Positions 1 to 11,100 of a stretch of 64,000 nucleotides of DNA are shown one piece after another. Both the position numbers and the translations under genes were made by a program. Positions within the stretch are counted from its first letter, which is position 1, and each line of letters begins with the position of its first letter. The notes below the pieces were generated by a model. The model was not told the DNA's origin and did not search any database. It saw nothing but the letters and a program-made list of their open reading frames with translations. This DNA comes from Octopus bimaculoides (lineage: Eukaryota), in contig NC_068985.1 of the NCBI RefSeq assembly GCF_001194135.2, forward strand, positions 107,858,191 to 107,922,190, given 5' to 3'.

Positions 1-74
1 TGTGGTATACATGTTGCTGTGTTTATATCTTAGATCACACGTAGAAACAAATATATGATGGGTACTACTAAAGC

Positions 75-160
75 AGCGCGGACCCGAACGCGCAGTCGCG
101 CGTCCGCGCTAGCTAGTCTTGAGTGGTCGACCCTAACCCTGTCCCTAACCCTATCCCTAT
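75..160. other. GC-rich hairpin followed by degenerate CCCTAA-like repeats
   Basis: agcgcggac (75-83) pairs with gtccgcgct (102-110), inner gcgc/gcgc stem (90-93/98-101); ccctaaccctgtccctaaccctatccctat at 131-160. Confidence 0.7.
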
Positions 161-303
161 ATGATGTATGTCTATACACACAAACACACACGTCTTTCTC
201 TGTACACATGTAGACCGACAAGCCTATATTTACATGTTGCCGTGTGTATTTGAGAGATGATACATAGAAACATTCTTTACTCTTTTTTTCTCCGCCTCTT
301 CAG

Positions 304-341
304 ATAGACTTTTTCCTTAGTCTGACGTTCTGTACAATTTA
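304..341 (+). other. Candidate short upstream (5' UTR) exon
   Basis: Acceptor ctctttttttctccgcctcttcag| and donor TA|gtaagt, 38 nt. No transcript evidence available. Confidence 0.4.
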
Positions 342-850
342 GTAAGTATTTAGTATTTAACTGTTACATAAGTACCACACGCAATTTTCTGTTTTGTCTT
401 CAAGGACTCAAAGACTCGCTATTGTTGATGCTAACCTGCTCCCGAGGTCATGCGATAAATATAAATTGCCTTAACTACACGGTTGTCTATTAAGTTCTCA
501 TCTATTGAAGTGGAATGTGTGACTTTTTTTTTTTTTTAGCGGTCAGCGCTGAAATACTTCAGCCTTAGCTTATATATCGACGGTTTTTTTGTTTTTTTTT
601 GTCTTGGGTAGATATACAGGAACTTTCGGAACCTGAAATTGATATTCCGACATCCACTCACAGAGTGCTCCAGATCAGCCTTGTATTTTGGATTATGCTC
701 TCTAGTATATCTATCTGGGAGATCCGACTGCAAAGACCAAGTAGTTTCTCACTAAGGTGTTCGAGACACTCTTGGCTGTCTTAAATAGTAGTTAGTAGCA
801 TCGTGACGTTTCCTCTGGCGCTTATATTTTTCTCTGTTGGACTAAAACAG

Positions 851-982
851 GGATGTTATACAACTTTGTCATACGATGAAGATAGGGTGCTGAGATCAAG
901 GAAAGCCATTGATATAGAGGATCCTTTTGATAGCTTGCAATGGTGTGTTTATGATCATATTTTGACTGTACTAGATATATAA
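851..982 (+). other. Candidate upstream exon (132 nt)
   Basis: Acceptor ...ctaaaacag|G and donor AA|gtgagt. One frame is open for 43 codons and ends in TAA at the donor. Confidence 0.3.
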
Positions 983-2091
983 GTGAGTCAAGTACGTCCT
1001 AAGATCCTGCCATCTCCAGTAGTAGTACGTTTTTGTTACAATCATGATGAAGCATCCAATTTGACAAATCTTTCTTTAAAAAGACAATTTTTTTCTTCTG
1101 GCTTTATCTTTCAATTGATGTCACAAACTCTGTCGAAAAACTTGACCTTAAAAACCAGGTCAGACTTTAGATCTGACACTAATTTTTTTACTTTTTTTTT
1201 TGTTTTTGTAAGAAGCACTACTACTGGTTAATAGTCCAAAATTTTTAACGAAGCCCTGTCCATCTTTTCCCCATGTTTTAACTTCCTTTACTGTCCTTCA
1301 TTTCAATCTTTTTTCTAACTATCCAGTAGAACAGAAGCCAAATCTTCTCCAAAGCCCATCTTATTTTCATAGAAAAGGTCACTTTGGATAATGTGGTTGT
1401 GGGGGCACTGTGCCTAAGAAAAAGTCAAGATTGTCATTGCCAAACAACAACTTTCCCCACCTCTCCCCGCCACAATTCTACCTCTGTTCACTCTCTCTCT
1501 CTTTGCTCTAGCTCTTACCAGACGATTCATTTTACAGTTTAGTAGAAACCTAATCCAACCCGATTTAGTAAGTTTATTAAAAAATTGTTGAAACACTTGC
1601 TCACACCACACACTTATATACATAGACACACATACTATGTTGGTGAATAGTCCCAGTAGCTCTGTATGTAAAGATCTACTGTCTAACATATTAAACAATA
1701 TTTGACATATGGCAAGAATAATATCTGAGATGGAGTTTTTTTTTTTTTTTTTTTGAAATCTTAAAAATTTCATAAATTGGAATATGAGTATTAATAAGAA
1801 ATGAAATTGGCAACTGAAAGAAATCCCATAGGTAATTAAGTTTTCATTCTATTAATTAGTCAGATATGGCTGTGATGTTAAGCAGTTCGCTTTCCTAACT
1901 ATATGGTTTTGGGTTCAGTCCCACTGTGTGGAAGCCTGGGCAAGTGTCTTCTTGTGTGGTTTTGATGTTGATCATATCTTTGTCAGTAGACTTGAAAGTT
2001 GGAAACTGAAAGTGCATAAATCTATATGTGTATATTGTGTGTGTGTGTGTGAGTGAGTGTTTCCTTGTCTTTATGTTGAACATCACCATCT

Positions 2092-2472
2092 TTTTGTTGG
2101 CACTCTATCGCTAACGACGTCGAGGGTTCCATTTGATCAACGGAACAGCCTGCTCGTGAAATTAACGTGCAAGTGGCTGAGCACTCCACAGACACGTGTA
2201 CCCTTAACGTAGTTCTCGGGGATATTCAGCGTGACACAGTGTGACAAGGCTGGCTCTTTGAAATACAGGCACAACAGAAACAGGAAGAAAGAGTGAGAGA
2301 AAGTAGTGGTGAAAGAGTACAGCAGTGTTCGCCACCATCCCCTGCCGGAGCCTCGTGGAGCTTTTAGGTGTTTTCGCTCAATAAACACTCACAACGCCCG
2401 GTCTGGGAATCGAAACCGCGATCCTATGACCGCAAGTCCGCTGCCCTAAGCATTGGGCCATTGCACCTCCAT
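2092..2472 (-). mobile_element. SINE family A
   Basis: Near-identical to the 5717 and 22615 copies. This family explains the recurring MFIERKH and MFSLNKH ORFs. Confidence 0.9.
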
Positions 2473-3073
2473 AACATACAAGCATACAAGCAGGGTCCTT
2501 CATTTTTTGTTATTCTATTTAAACCTGTATTACTATGGAAAAGTATTGTCTTAAGTGAAAACAGGTGATGGTTGCTGACTGGAAGAACATCCGGCTGCAC
2601 AAGCATGGAAAAGTGGGTGTTAAAATTGATGTGGATGATGGGTAGTTCCCATGATTGAGACAGATTTGGTTGATGCTGAGTTTGAGCATATGTAGTTCTG
2701 ATGCCTATTGGGAATGGTGGAAAAGCAAATGAATTGTAGAGATTCAGAATTCTAGGGATGCATGGTTGTTGTTGATGATGGTGGTGTTGGGGCACATTGT
2801 TTAATGTTAGTTGTGAATGTTGTCATAGCTTGTCCAGGGGTCATTTTAATATCAGTGGAAGAGCAGAGAGAAGAAACAACATGTATGAACTGCTACTGGT
2901 TGCAAAGTAATCCTTGTCAATCAGTCTGCTGGTCTTTTTGATGTGGTTTAAGGATGTTTGTGCAGCTGCAGTATTTCCCCAGATATATGAACAGTACTCT
3001 ACCATGCGTCATTAGCTTTGTATACAGTCAGCAACCAATCAAATTTGAAGTATTTCCTGATTCTGATATGAAA

Positions 3074-3431
3074 ATCATCATCATCGTCATCATCGTTTAA
3101 CGTCCGCATTCCATGCTAGCATGGGTTGGACGATTTGACTGAGGACTGGTGAACCAGATGGCTACACCAGGCTCCAATCTGATCTGGCAGTGTTTCCACA
3201 GCTAGATGCCCTTCCAAATGCCAACCACTCAGAGAATGTAGTGGGTGCTTTTACGTGCCACCAGCACGAAGGCCCGTCAGGAGGTACTGGCAACAGCCAC
3301 GCTCGAAATGGTGTCTTTTACTTGCCACCTGCACAGAAGCCAGTCCAGCGGCACTGGCAACGATCTTGCTCGAATGTCTTTACATGTGCCACCGGCACAA
3401 GTGCCAGGGCACAGGTGCCATCACGATTTCG
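3074..3431 (-). mobile_element. Interspersed repeat family B (repeated gtgccggtggcacgtaaaa modules, (GAT)n tail)
   Basis: High similarity to 4251-4599, 37156-37490 and 46272-46626; begins with the reverse-complemented atcatcatc tail. Confidence 0.85.
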
Positions 3432-4250
3432 AAAAAAATATAATCTCGTAATGTGGTACCTTAGGCAAGCGTCTTCTATAACCCTAAGCCATCCAAAACC
3501 CTGTAAGTGGATTTGGTAGAGAGAAGCTTGAAGAAGCCTGTTTCACGTGTGTGTGTGTGTGTATGTGTTTACCCTTGCTTTGATGTCATGTAATGGTTGT
3601 AGACAAGCATCACTGTCATGTGATGTTATTTATTTTGGGTCTTCTGTAAAAAAAACATTAACTTATCTGAAAACAAGTAGAATTTGGTGATTGGAATGGT
3701 GTCCAGCTACCTCAGAAAATTCCATCTGACTCGTGCAAGAGTGTAAAAATGAACGTAAAATGTTTAGACTTTGTGATGCCGTTTTCACAATGCCATTCAA
3801 ATAGATAAAATTACTGAGAGAGGTCTCGAGATATTGTTTGTGGAGACTTGCATTTATAATGATTTTGTTTGGTTGTCTGTTCATGACTAGATGGGTACAA
3901 TACTGTTTTCCTTGATAATTGTTAGCTATTGTTTGTTGATGAAGATGAAAGAGAATTGTGTTACATTTCCCATCGGAGAATGGTTTTGTAGTCTATTTGT
4001 GGCAGTGGTGCAAATCTGGTATGAGGTGTTTGAGTGCAGGATTTGTGTAATAGCCAAAATAAGTTGTGCATTGTTGTGTGTAGTAATCCAGAAGAAAGTG
4101 AGCTGAGAAAGATGACCTTAAGGAGTTCAGGGATGGTGGAGACAGCAGATGAATTTAGAACAATGGGGGGGGGGCATGGATAATTTTAGTCAGAGTAGCT
4201 GACTGCTCTGTGTTACTGACATCAAATTGAAAGAGAAGAGTAAATTCTGC

Positions 4251-4599
4251 ATCATCATTATCATCGTTTAACGTCCGCTTTCCATGCTAGCATGGGTTGG
4301 ACGATTTGACTGAGGGCTGGTGAATTAGATGTCTACACTAGGCTCCACTCTGATTTAGCAGAATTTCTACAGCTGGATGCCCTTCCTAACGCCAACCACT
4401 CTGAGAGTGTAGTGGGTGCTTTTACATGCCACCGGCACGAAGGCCAGTCAGGCGGCACTGGCAACGGCCACGCTCAAAATGGTGTATTTTACGTGCCACC
4501 TGCACAGGAGCCAGTCCATCGGCACTGGCAACAATCTCACTCAAATGTCTTTACAAGTGCCAGGAAGGCGACGCTGGGCACAGGTGCCATCACGATTTC
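4251..4599 (-). mobile_element. Repeat family B
   Basis: Paralogous to 3074-3431; source of the duplicated MGAFTCH and MPPARRP ORFs. Confidence 0.85.
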
Positions 4600-4847
4600 A
4601 CTTTTGCTTGCCCCAACAGGTCTTCGCAAGCCAAGTTCATATGTATAGATACATATTTCTGAATTAAGATGGAATATAGTATAGCCTGGATAGATACAGG
4701 TTCGTCAAAGACAGAATGAGTGTTGTGTCCTGCCTGTTAGGCAAGCTTATAAATTTATGATTTCGAATCTTTGACAAGTTAGTACATTGTATCTTTGAGC
4801 AAGGCACATCATTTTATGTTGCTCCAGTCTACTAGGTTGAAAATAAG

Positions 4848-5205
4848 TATTAGCTCATAGCAAAGGCAAGGGTATTGTTTTCAGTCATGTTTGTTTGTCC
4901 ATGGACAAGATATCTCAAGAACCGCTGGATGGATTTGGATGAAACCTTCAGGCATGTTTGGCCTCGTGACTGGCATGAACTGATTAGATTTGGGGATTGA
5001 TCCAGTACCGGACAAGGATTCTGAATTGTTTTTCTGGGTTTTTTACTTAATTTTTGAGAGCAGTCAGGTTTGTTTTTAGCATTCTCGTCTTTGAGAGCAG
5101 TCTAGTTTATTTCAGATATTCTCATTTAAAAAAAAAATCATCTCTGGCTAATCGTTGAGAGGACACATTGATGGTGGAGGTTTGCTCTCTCTGAGTGCTC
5201 TTGTT
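4848..5205 (+). mobile_element. Helentron/HINE-like non-autonomous element
   Basis: Body tgtttgtttgtcc...gatatctcaagaaccgctggatggattt...atgaaac and 3' end tggtggaggtttgctctctctgagtgctcttgtt match the layout of aquatic-animal Helitron-N elements as recalled. Confidence 0.55.
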
Positions 5206-5716
5206 TTTATTATTATTATAAAGGCAGTGAACTGGCAGAATCATGAGCATGCCAGGCAAAATGCCTAGTAACATTTCATCCATCTTTGCATTCTGGGTTC
5301 AAATACTGTTTGGGTCTTTGCCTTTCATCCTTTTGGGGTCAATAAAATAAGTACCAGTTGAGCACTAGTGTTGATGTAATCGAATTAGCCCCTCTCCTCA
5401 AATTAGCCCCTCTCCCCAATATCCTCTTTCTTTCTGTGTCTGTTTCCACCCCAACTATCACATCCTTGGTGATCTATTGAGTTGTTGGCGGGAGAATTGA
5501 GAGGATGTCTGACTGCTTGTGACTACATAGAAAGCTAAAGCAATTTGTAAAAACACGGTTCAAGCTATCAGATCATACTAGCTTGTGAGTGATGGCTAAG
5601 GTCCATGTAAAATGTAGTGTGATGGGTAGGTTCTAAGTTGGCCTGGAAACTGGATGTTTGTCCAGCGATGGGAGACGTATAAACCTACAAAAAATCTGGT
5701 CTTTAACAGCTTGCCT

Positions 5717-6116
5717 GTTGTTGTTGTTGTTGTTGTTGGCACTCCATCGCTTACGACGTCGAGGGTTCCAGTTGATCCAATCAACGGAACAGCCTGCTCG
5801 TGAAATTAACGTGCAGGTGGCTGAGCACTCCACAGATACGTGTACCCTTAACGTAGATTTCGGGGAGATTCAGCGTGACACAGAGTGTGACAAGGCTGGC
5901 CCTTTGAATTACAGGCACAACAGAAACAGGAAGTGAGAGTGAGAGAAAGTTGTGGTGAAAGAGTACAGCAGGGTTCGCCACCATCCCCTGCCGGAGCCTC
6001 GTGGAGCTTTAGGTGTTTTCGCTCAATAAACACTCACAACACCCGGTCGGGGAATCGAAACCGCGATCCTATGACCGTGAGTCCGTTGTCCTAACCACTG
6101 GGCCATTGCACCTCCA
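5717..6116 (-). mobile_element. SINE family A, full length with expanded (CAA)n tail
   Basis: Same sequence family; 7-bp TSD cttgcct (5710-5716 and 6117-6123). Confidence 0.9.
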
Positions 6117-7020
6117 CTTGCCTATGCTGGTGATATTCTTTAATATGAGGCTTACCTCTTTTGAGGTGTGTATGACAACATTGTTAAAGGTGTTATAGTT
6201 GTGAATCTGCTCTGACTACATCCCCACCTCCAGGCTGACTCTTTGGGCCTTATACGCACATTTACACATACATAACATAAATTGTATATACATGGTACTT
6301 TTTGTTTTTCCATTTATATATTTTCATCTCTACTAAATTTCTTTTAGGTTGTTTCATATTTTAAAATCTATGCACGGTTCTGTGAGTCAGCTGTGTTTAT
6401 CTATATGTGAATATGAATTCAAAGCTTTTAGGCTCTGTATGTGTATTCTCTCTTTCTATTGTCTGTAATGGTGTATATCTGGTGTGTAATTGCTATTGTT
6501 TACTGTCTCTGTATCTTCCATGACTGTGGTTTTACTGTTTGCTTTTGCAAGTACTCCCTCTCCTCTCCATCTCAGTGGGTGGGGTTGGGAGTGTTGACAT
6601 AAGAAGAAAGATGAGTTGTTTTGTAAACAGGAATCAAAGCTTTTCTATTTAAAGGTCACCGATGGGGGTCAAACGTAAAGGGTAGCTGGGGTGTATTTCT
6701 GAAGTAGAGGCTAGACTGAGAATACATTGAAGTGTATTAGTGATATCCAAGTGTTTGTGAAATGGGTTTATAACTCTACATGTAGGAGACATAGATAAAC
6801 ATTGAGACTTTGGAGGTCACATGTTAATAGTATATGAATGATAATCAAAGGTATTTCATTCATGATCATCCTTTGTATCTAAGACAACTTTATCTAGTGT
6901 GTCCTTCCTTTCTTTAAGACAGGAATCTATGATTTTGGAAAACAGGCTGCTGTTTCTAAGTCCCATGGGCCATAGTGTCTACAGTTGTGTCTGTGGGCCA
7001 TAGACAGAAAGAATTTCAGA

Positions 7021-7116
7021 ATGGACTTGTTCTGTACTTCAAGAAGTGACAATACTGAAATTGATTGTGAAAGCATTTCTGTAACTGACAGTACAAAGTT
7101 CAAACCTCTATACAGT
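7021..7116 (+). CDS. Candidate first coding segment, MDLFCTSRSDNTEIDCESISVTDSTKFKPLYS
   Basis: ATG in strong context (AgaATGG), in-frame stop upstream at 6973-6975, phase-0 donor AGT|gtgagt. The exon probably starts at 6919 or 6923 (gtccttcctttctttaag/acag). Confidence 0.5.
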
Positions 7117-7194
7117 GTGAGTTTGGCCCATAATTGATGCACTGACTTTGTTTTTGTTTTCAACTCCATCGGCTTTACTCATTTACTTAAGTCC

Positions 7195-7201
<7 letters not shown>

Positions 7202-7242
<41 letters not shown>
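7202..7242. repeat. (CA)n microsatellite
   Basis: Direct reading; ~85 nt downstream of the 7117 donor. Confidence 0.95.
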
Positions 7243-7246
<4 letters not shown>

Positions 7247-7727
7247 TACAGACTTGCACATTATGTATTTGTGCATGATATCAGTAGTCAACTAGAACTT
7301 TGTCTTACATTGTAAACTTTCTTCTCTGATATACAATGTATATATCAGGCAGTTTGGTCTATAATCTTTTGCAGACTAAAAAATTAATATCAGCATAAGT
7401 GGCAAATACTATATCAAGTTGCTCCCATGGCTTTCCTACTGTTGAATTTCTTTTTACTAATCTTTTCTACCCCTTGTGATCTTCGGCTTTCTATATACCA
7501 CAGAACCTTCCCAGAACCAAATATTTGTATAACTTTCTAAGTGTTTCATCGGCTTTGGTTATCCTGGTCGCATTCATCTCCTCTCCAGGAGATGAATGCT
7601 ATTGATACTCAAAGAGCTCAGTTTCCTTTTTAAAATCTTTCTGACTATTTGACTGTAACCTGTCAGTTGCACATTCCCATCAGCCTGTAGAGGAGTTGAT
7701 TCTCACCTGATGATAACATATATTTAG

Positions 7728-8160
7728 GTATAGGCGAGGCTGTGTGGTTGAGAAGTTCACTTCCGAGCTTGGTAATTTCAGATTAAGTTCCACTGTGTGG
7801 TACCTTGAGGAAGTGTGCTCCATTATAGACCAAGGTTGTTCAAAGCCTTGTGAGTGGATTTGGTAGATGGAAACTAAAAGAAACGGCAAGCTAGCAGAAA
7901 CGTTAGCACGCCGGGCAAAATGCTTAGCGGTATTTCGTTTGTTTTTACGTTCTGAGTTCAAATTCTGCCGAGGTCGACTTTGCCTTTCATCCTTTTAGGG
8001 TCGATAAATTAAGTACCAGTTATGCACTGGGGTCGATGTAATCAACTTAATCCCTTTGTCTGTCTTTGTTTGTCCCCTCTATGTTTAGCCCCCTATGGGC
8101 AATAAAGAAATAAGGAAACTAAAAGAAACCCATCAAGAGTGTGTGTGTGCTTATCCTTGA
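7728..8160 (+). mobile_element. SINE family C copy interrupted by a family D SINE
   Basis: Head ataggcgaggctgtgtggttgag..., host sequence resumes at 8114 after the insertion. Confidence 0.75.
7885..8113 (+). mobile_element. tRNA-derived SINE, family D (~230 bp, GAAATAA-type tail)
   Basis: B-box-like GAGTTCAAATTC (7954-7965); 16-bp TSD ggaaactaaaagaaac (7869-7884 and 8114-8129). Confidence 0.9.
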
Positions 8161-11100
8161 TTTCACATCATTTGATACCATATTTTCCAGCTTACAAGTT
8201 GTCATATATAGTGTAAACATCTAAATATTGTTGCTATCTTTCCAAACCTTGCTTCATTTCACATGGAATCTTCAGTCCTCTGAAGTTGTCTTTGTGTATA
8301 AATTGACTTATTTTGGTCTGAAAATTTGGACTTTTATGCCAGAAAATATAGTAGTAGTTAACAAGTGTCACTGTGGTATAAATAGTGCCAATCATTTTCA
8401 ATATTATGAAAATATATCTGGCCATAGGAAGATGTTACTTTGCTTGGAAACAGGTGAGTGTCGGTGATAAGCAGGGGTGTCCAGCCATAGGAAATCTGCT
8501 TCAATAACATCCATCTGATCCATGCAGGTATAGAAATGCAGATGTTAAAATGATGATGTTTTATACACACCCCAACACACCACATAGATAATTTCATCTA
8601 TATCATTTGGAACTACTTCACTTTCTCTGGCTCAATTTTTCCAGGCAGTCTAGATGCTTTTTGTTTCCCAGATTAAATCTTGCTAACTGTAGTCAACCCA
8701 TAGCCATTGATCATTTCTTCTTATTTATTGAACAGAAATGTAATCAAATCTAGACTCAAACCTAGGTGTGTGATGAAGAAGTTTGCTTCACAACCGAGTT
8801 AAATTCCACTACATAGTATTTTTGTGGGGAACTGTCTGATGAAAACTGTGTGGAAACCTGTCTTTACACATACACACACAACGCATGTGCAGTTTTCATC
8901 TAAACTGAAATTTTATTGTTTATGTTGTGCCTTTACAAATCAGTGTATAGTTGATACATTATCACTGTATCTATCAGACAGGCTGATTTGATATTGTTTC
9001 ACAAGTGTCATGAGTACACTATGGTGAAATATGAGGGTGAGTCAGAAATGCAGTTTTTATCTGTATTACTTTCTAACTCACACTTGTAGTGAATTAGGTG
9101 GTGATTTCGTTTCACCTAGCTCTGAAATATATTATTTTTTAACACAGTACATCTTAGATAGAAAATGCAACATCTGGTTTTTTTAATGACACGTATATTA
9201 TATTGGTAAAGTTTTGCTTATATTGAATAATTTGACATATATTTGTCTGTGTATGTATTATTTCTTTATGTTCTTATCTTCCATAACTGACAAATAGTGA
9301 TGAATGACTGAAATAAGAACTAAGGTTACTATGATTGACTAAAACCTTTGAAGGGAGAGCTTCAGCATGGTCTTAGTTCTGTGAGGAGTAAAATAAAAAT
9401 GGCAAATCTGTCCGTATTTCTTCTCTCTCTTTTTCTGATCTGTATTTAATATATATCACCTGGTGTTTGCGTGTTGCTATTTTTGGAAGTTTTCCAGACT
9501 TAAAATCCTGTTGTAATTTTAAATTTATCACATCATGGTGTCATATCTGTCTACTTTACTTGAAAACCTGCAGCTTTCCTTGTGTACCCCACCCCACCTA
9601 TCAGCTCCGTTACAGCAGGTGAATGGGATATTGAGGGGGGCTGGTTAAACATTCAAGAGAAAACCCAACTGTCTAAATACCAAATACTTGTGTTCAGCCA
9701 TTGTTTTTGTTGTATATCTAGGATCATCTCTGTTTGAAGTAACCAGTGAAACTTGTGCCAGTAAAACATATGAAGCAACAAAGACCTCCTAGGTTATATT
9801 CCATTAGCACTGCCCCTCCCATCCAAAGGGTCCCACATATGTTGAAACAAAGTAATTTGTTTCATGTCTGGCTGTCCCATGTGTTGTGCATCCTGTTCTA
9901 TTAACTCTCAGCTATTTGAGACACGATTTATCGTCTGTCTTAGCAGGACATTTGACATGACTGAAGCTGATAAGAGAGCCCCATCCTTGTGTGTATGTGT
10001 AATTTGTGATATAGGCACAAGTTTTCAAATATAAATGCTTATATAAACATCAGTACATTCCTGGTATTTTCTTTATCAATTTTGGCAGAATTTGAACCTA
10101 AAATGTATGACTGCATACCAGAGACTTAATTTTTCTCTTTGGAGCCAAAAGATATTTCAGCTCCCAAGAACTACTGACGCTCTGCATGGCTCATCTGATC
10201 CTTATACCTACATCTGGAATGATGATGTTACTACACATTCTGGGTTACTTTCAGGCATTCTGGATTGCATTCAGACAAGGGTCCCTTGACTGAGTGGCAG
10301 TAAATCACTAATGCCCACCTTCTGACCCACAAGTGTGTTGTTTCTTCTCTCAGTCTTGTCTGTTGCTACTATAATGGCCTCATCACTCAGGAGCCTGCAG
10401 GCCTTTTACCCTCACCATATAGGTATCCTGACCCACTCGTCTCTCTACTTCATCACCAGTATGGCAGATCCCCTAACCACACAGCCCAGAACTAATTACT
10501 ATGACCAGTCCTTTCTCCTCAGGACTTTTTGAAATCACTTCCTAGCTCATGACTTTCTGGCAGATGTTGATTTGCAACATTTTAAATTTAACAATAACAT
10601 CCTCATTGATCTTGAAGGGCATGCAAGAGCATGAGCAGAGTTATTTCATCCAGATTCAGCAAGTAAAATACAAAGGTATATAAAATGCCAAGTGGCATTT
10701 TTCGTCTGTTAAGTGATTCTGGCCTATTACAAAATATATAAAGAAAAGTATTGGTATATCTACCAGACAAAGCACAATAGTTAAATATGTTTTAGACATG
10801 ACTGGTGTTTACCTTGGTAGTTATGTTTTATATTAATTGTGCTAGATAACCAGTGATGTAGAGGAAAGAGCTTCCAATATGTTGGGACATCTGTTGTTTG
10901 AAAAATAAGTCCAGTAAATGTTGGTTTGTCTATGATAGAAATGATGCTAGCAGCAGCTGGAACAGTTACTACTACTACTACTACTACACACGTGCATTCA
11001 CATCCATCTTGGGTTAAAACTTCTCTGTAAAGAAGAGATACTTTTTGTATGTTACCCATCCTTAAAACTGTTGTTAATATACAAGCGTATGTGTGTGTGT

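Noticed and set aside
131-160. True telomere or telomerase addition site
   Set aside because: Only two perfect CCCTAA units among degenerate ones, and the position is internal.
2137-2568. Recurring ORFs MFIERKH, MFSLNKH, MPPARRP, MLLxAT
   Set aside because: They are translations of SINE and repeat families A and B; stops vary between copies, so there is no coding constraint.
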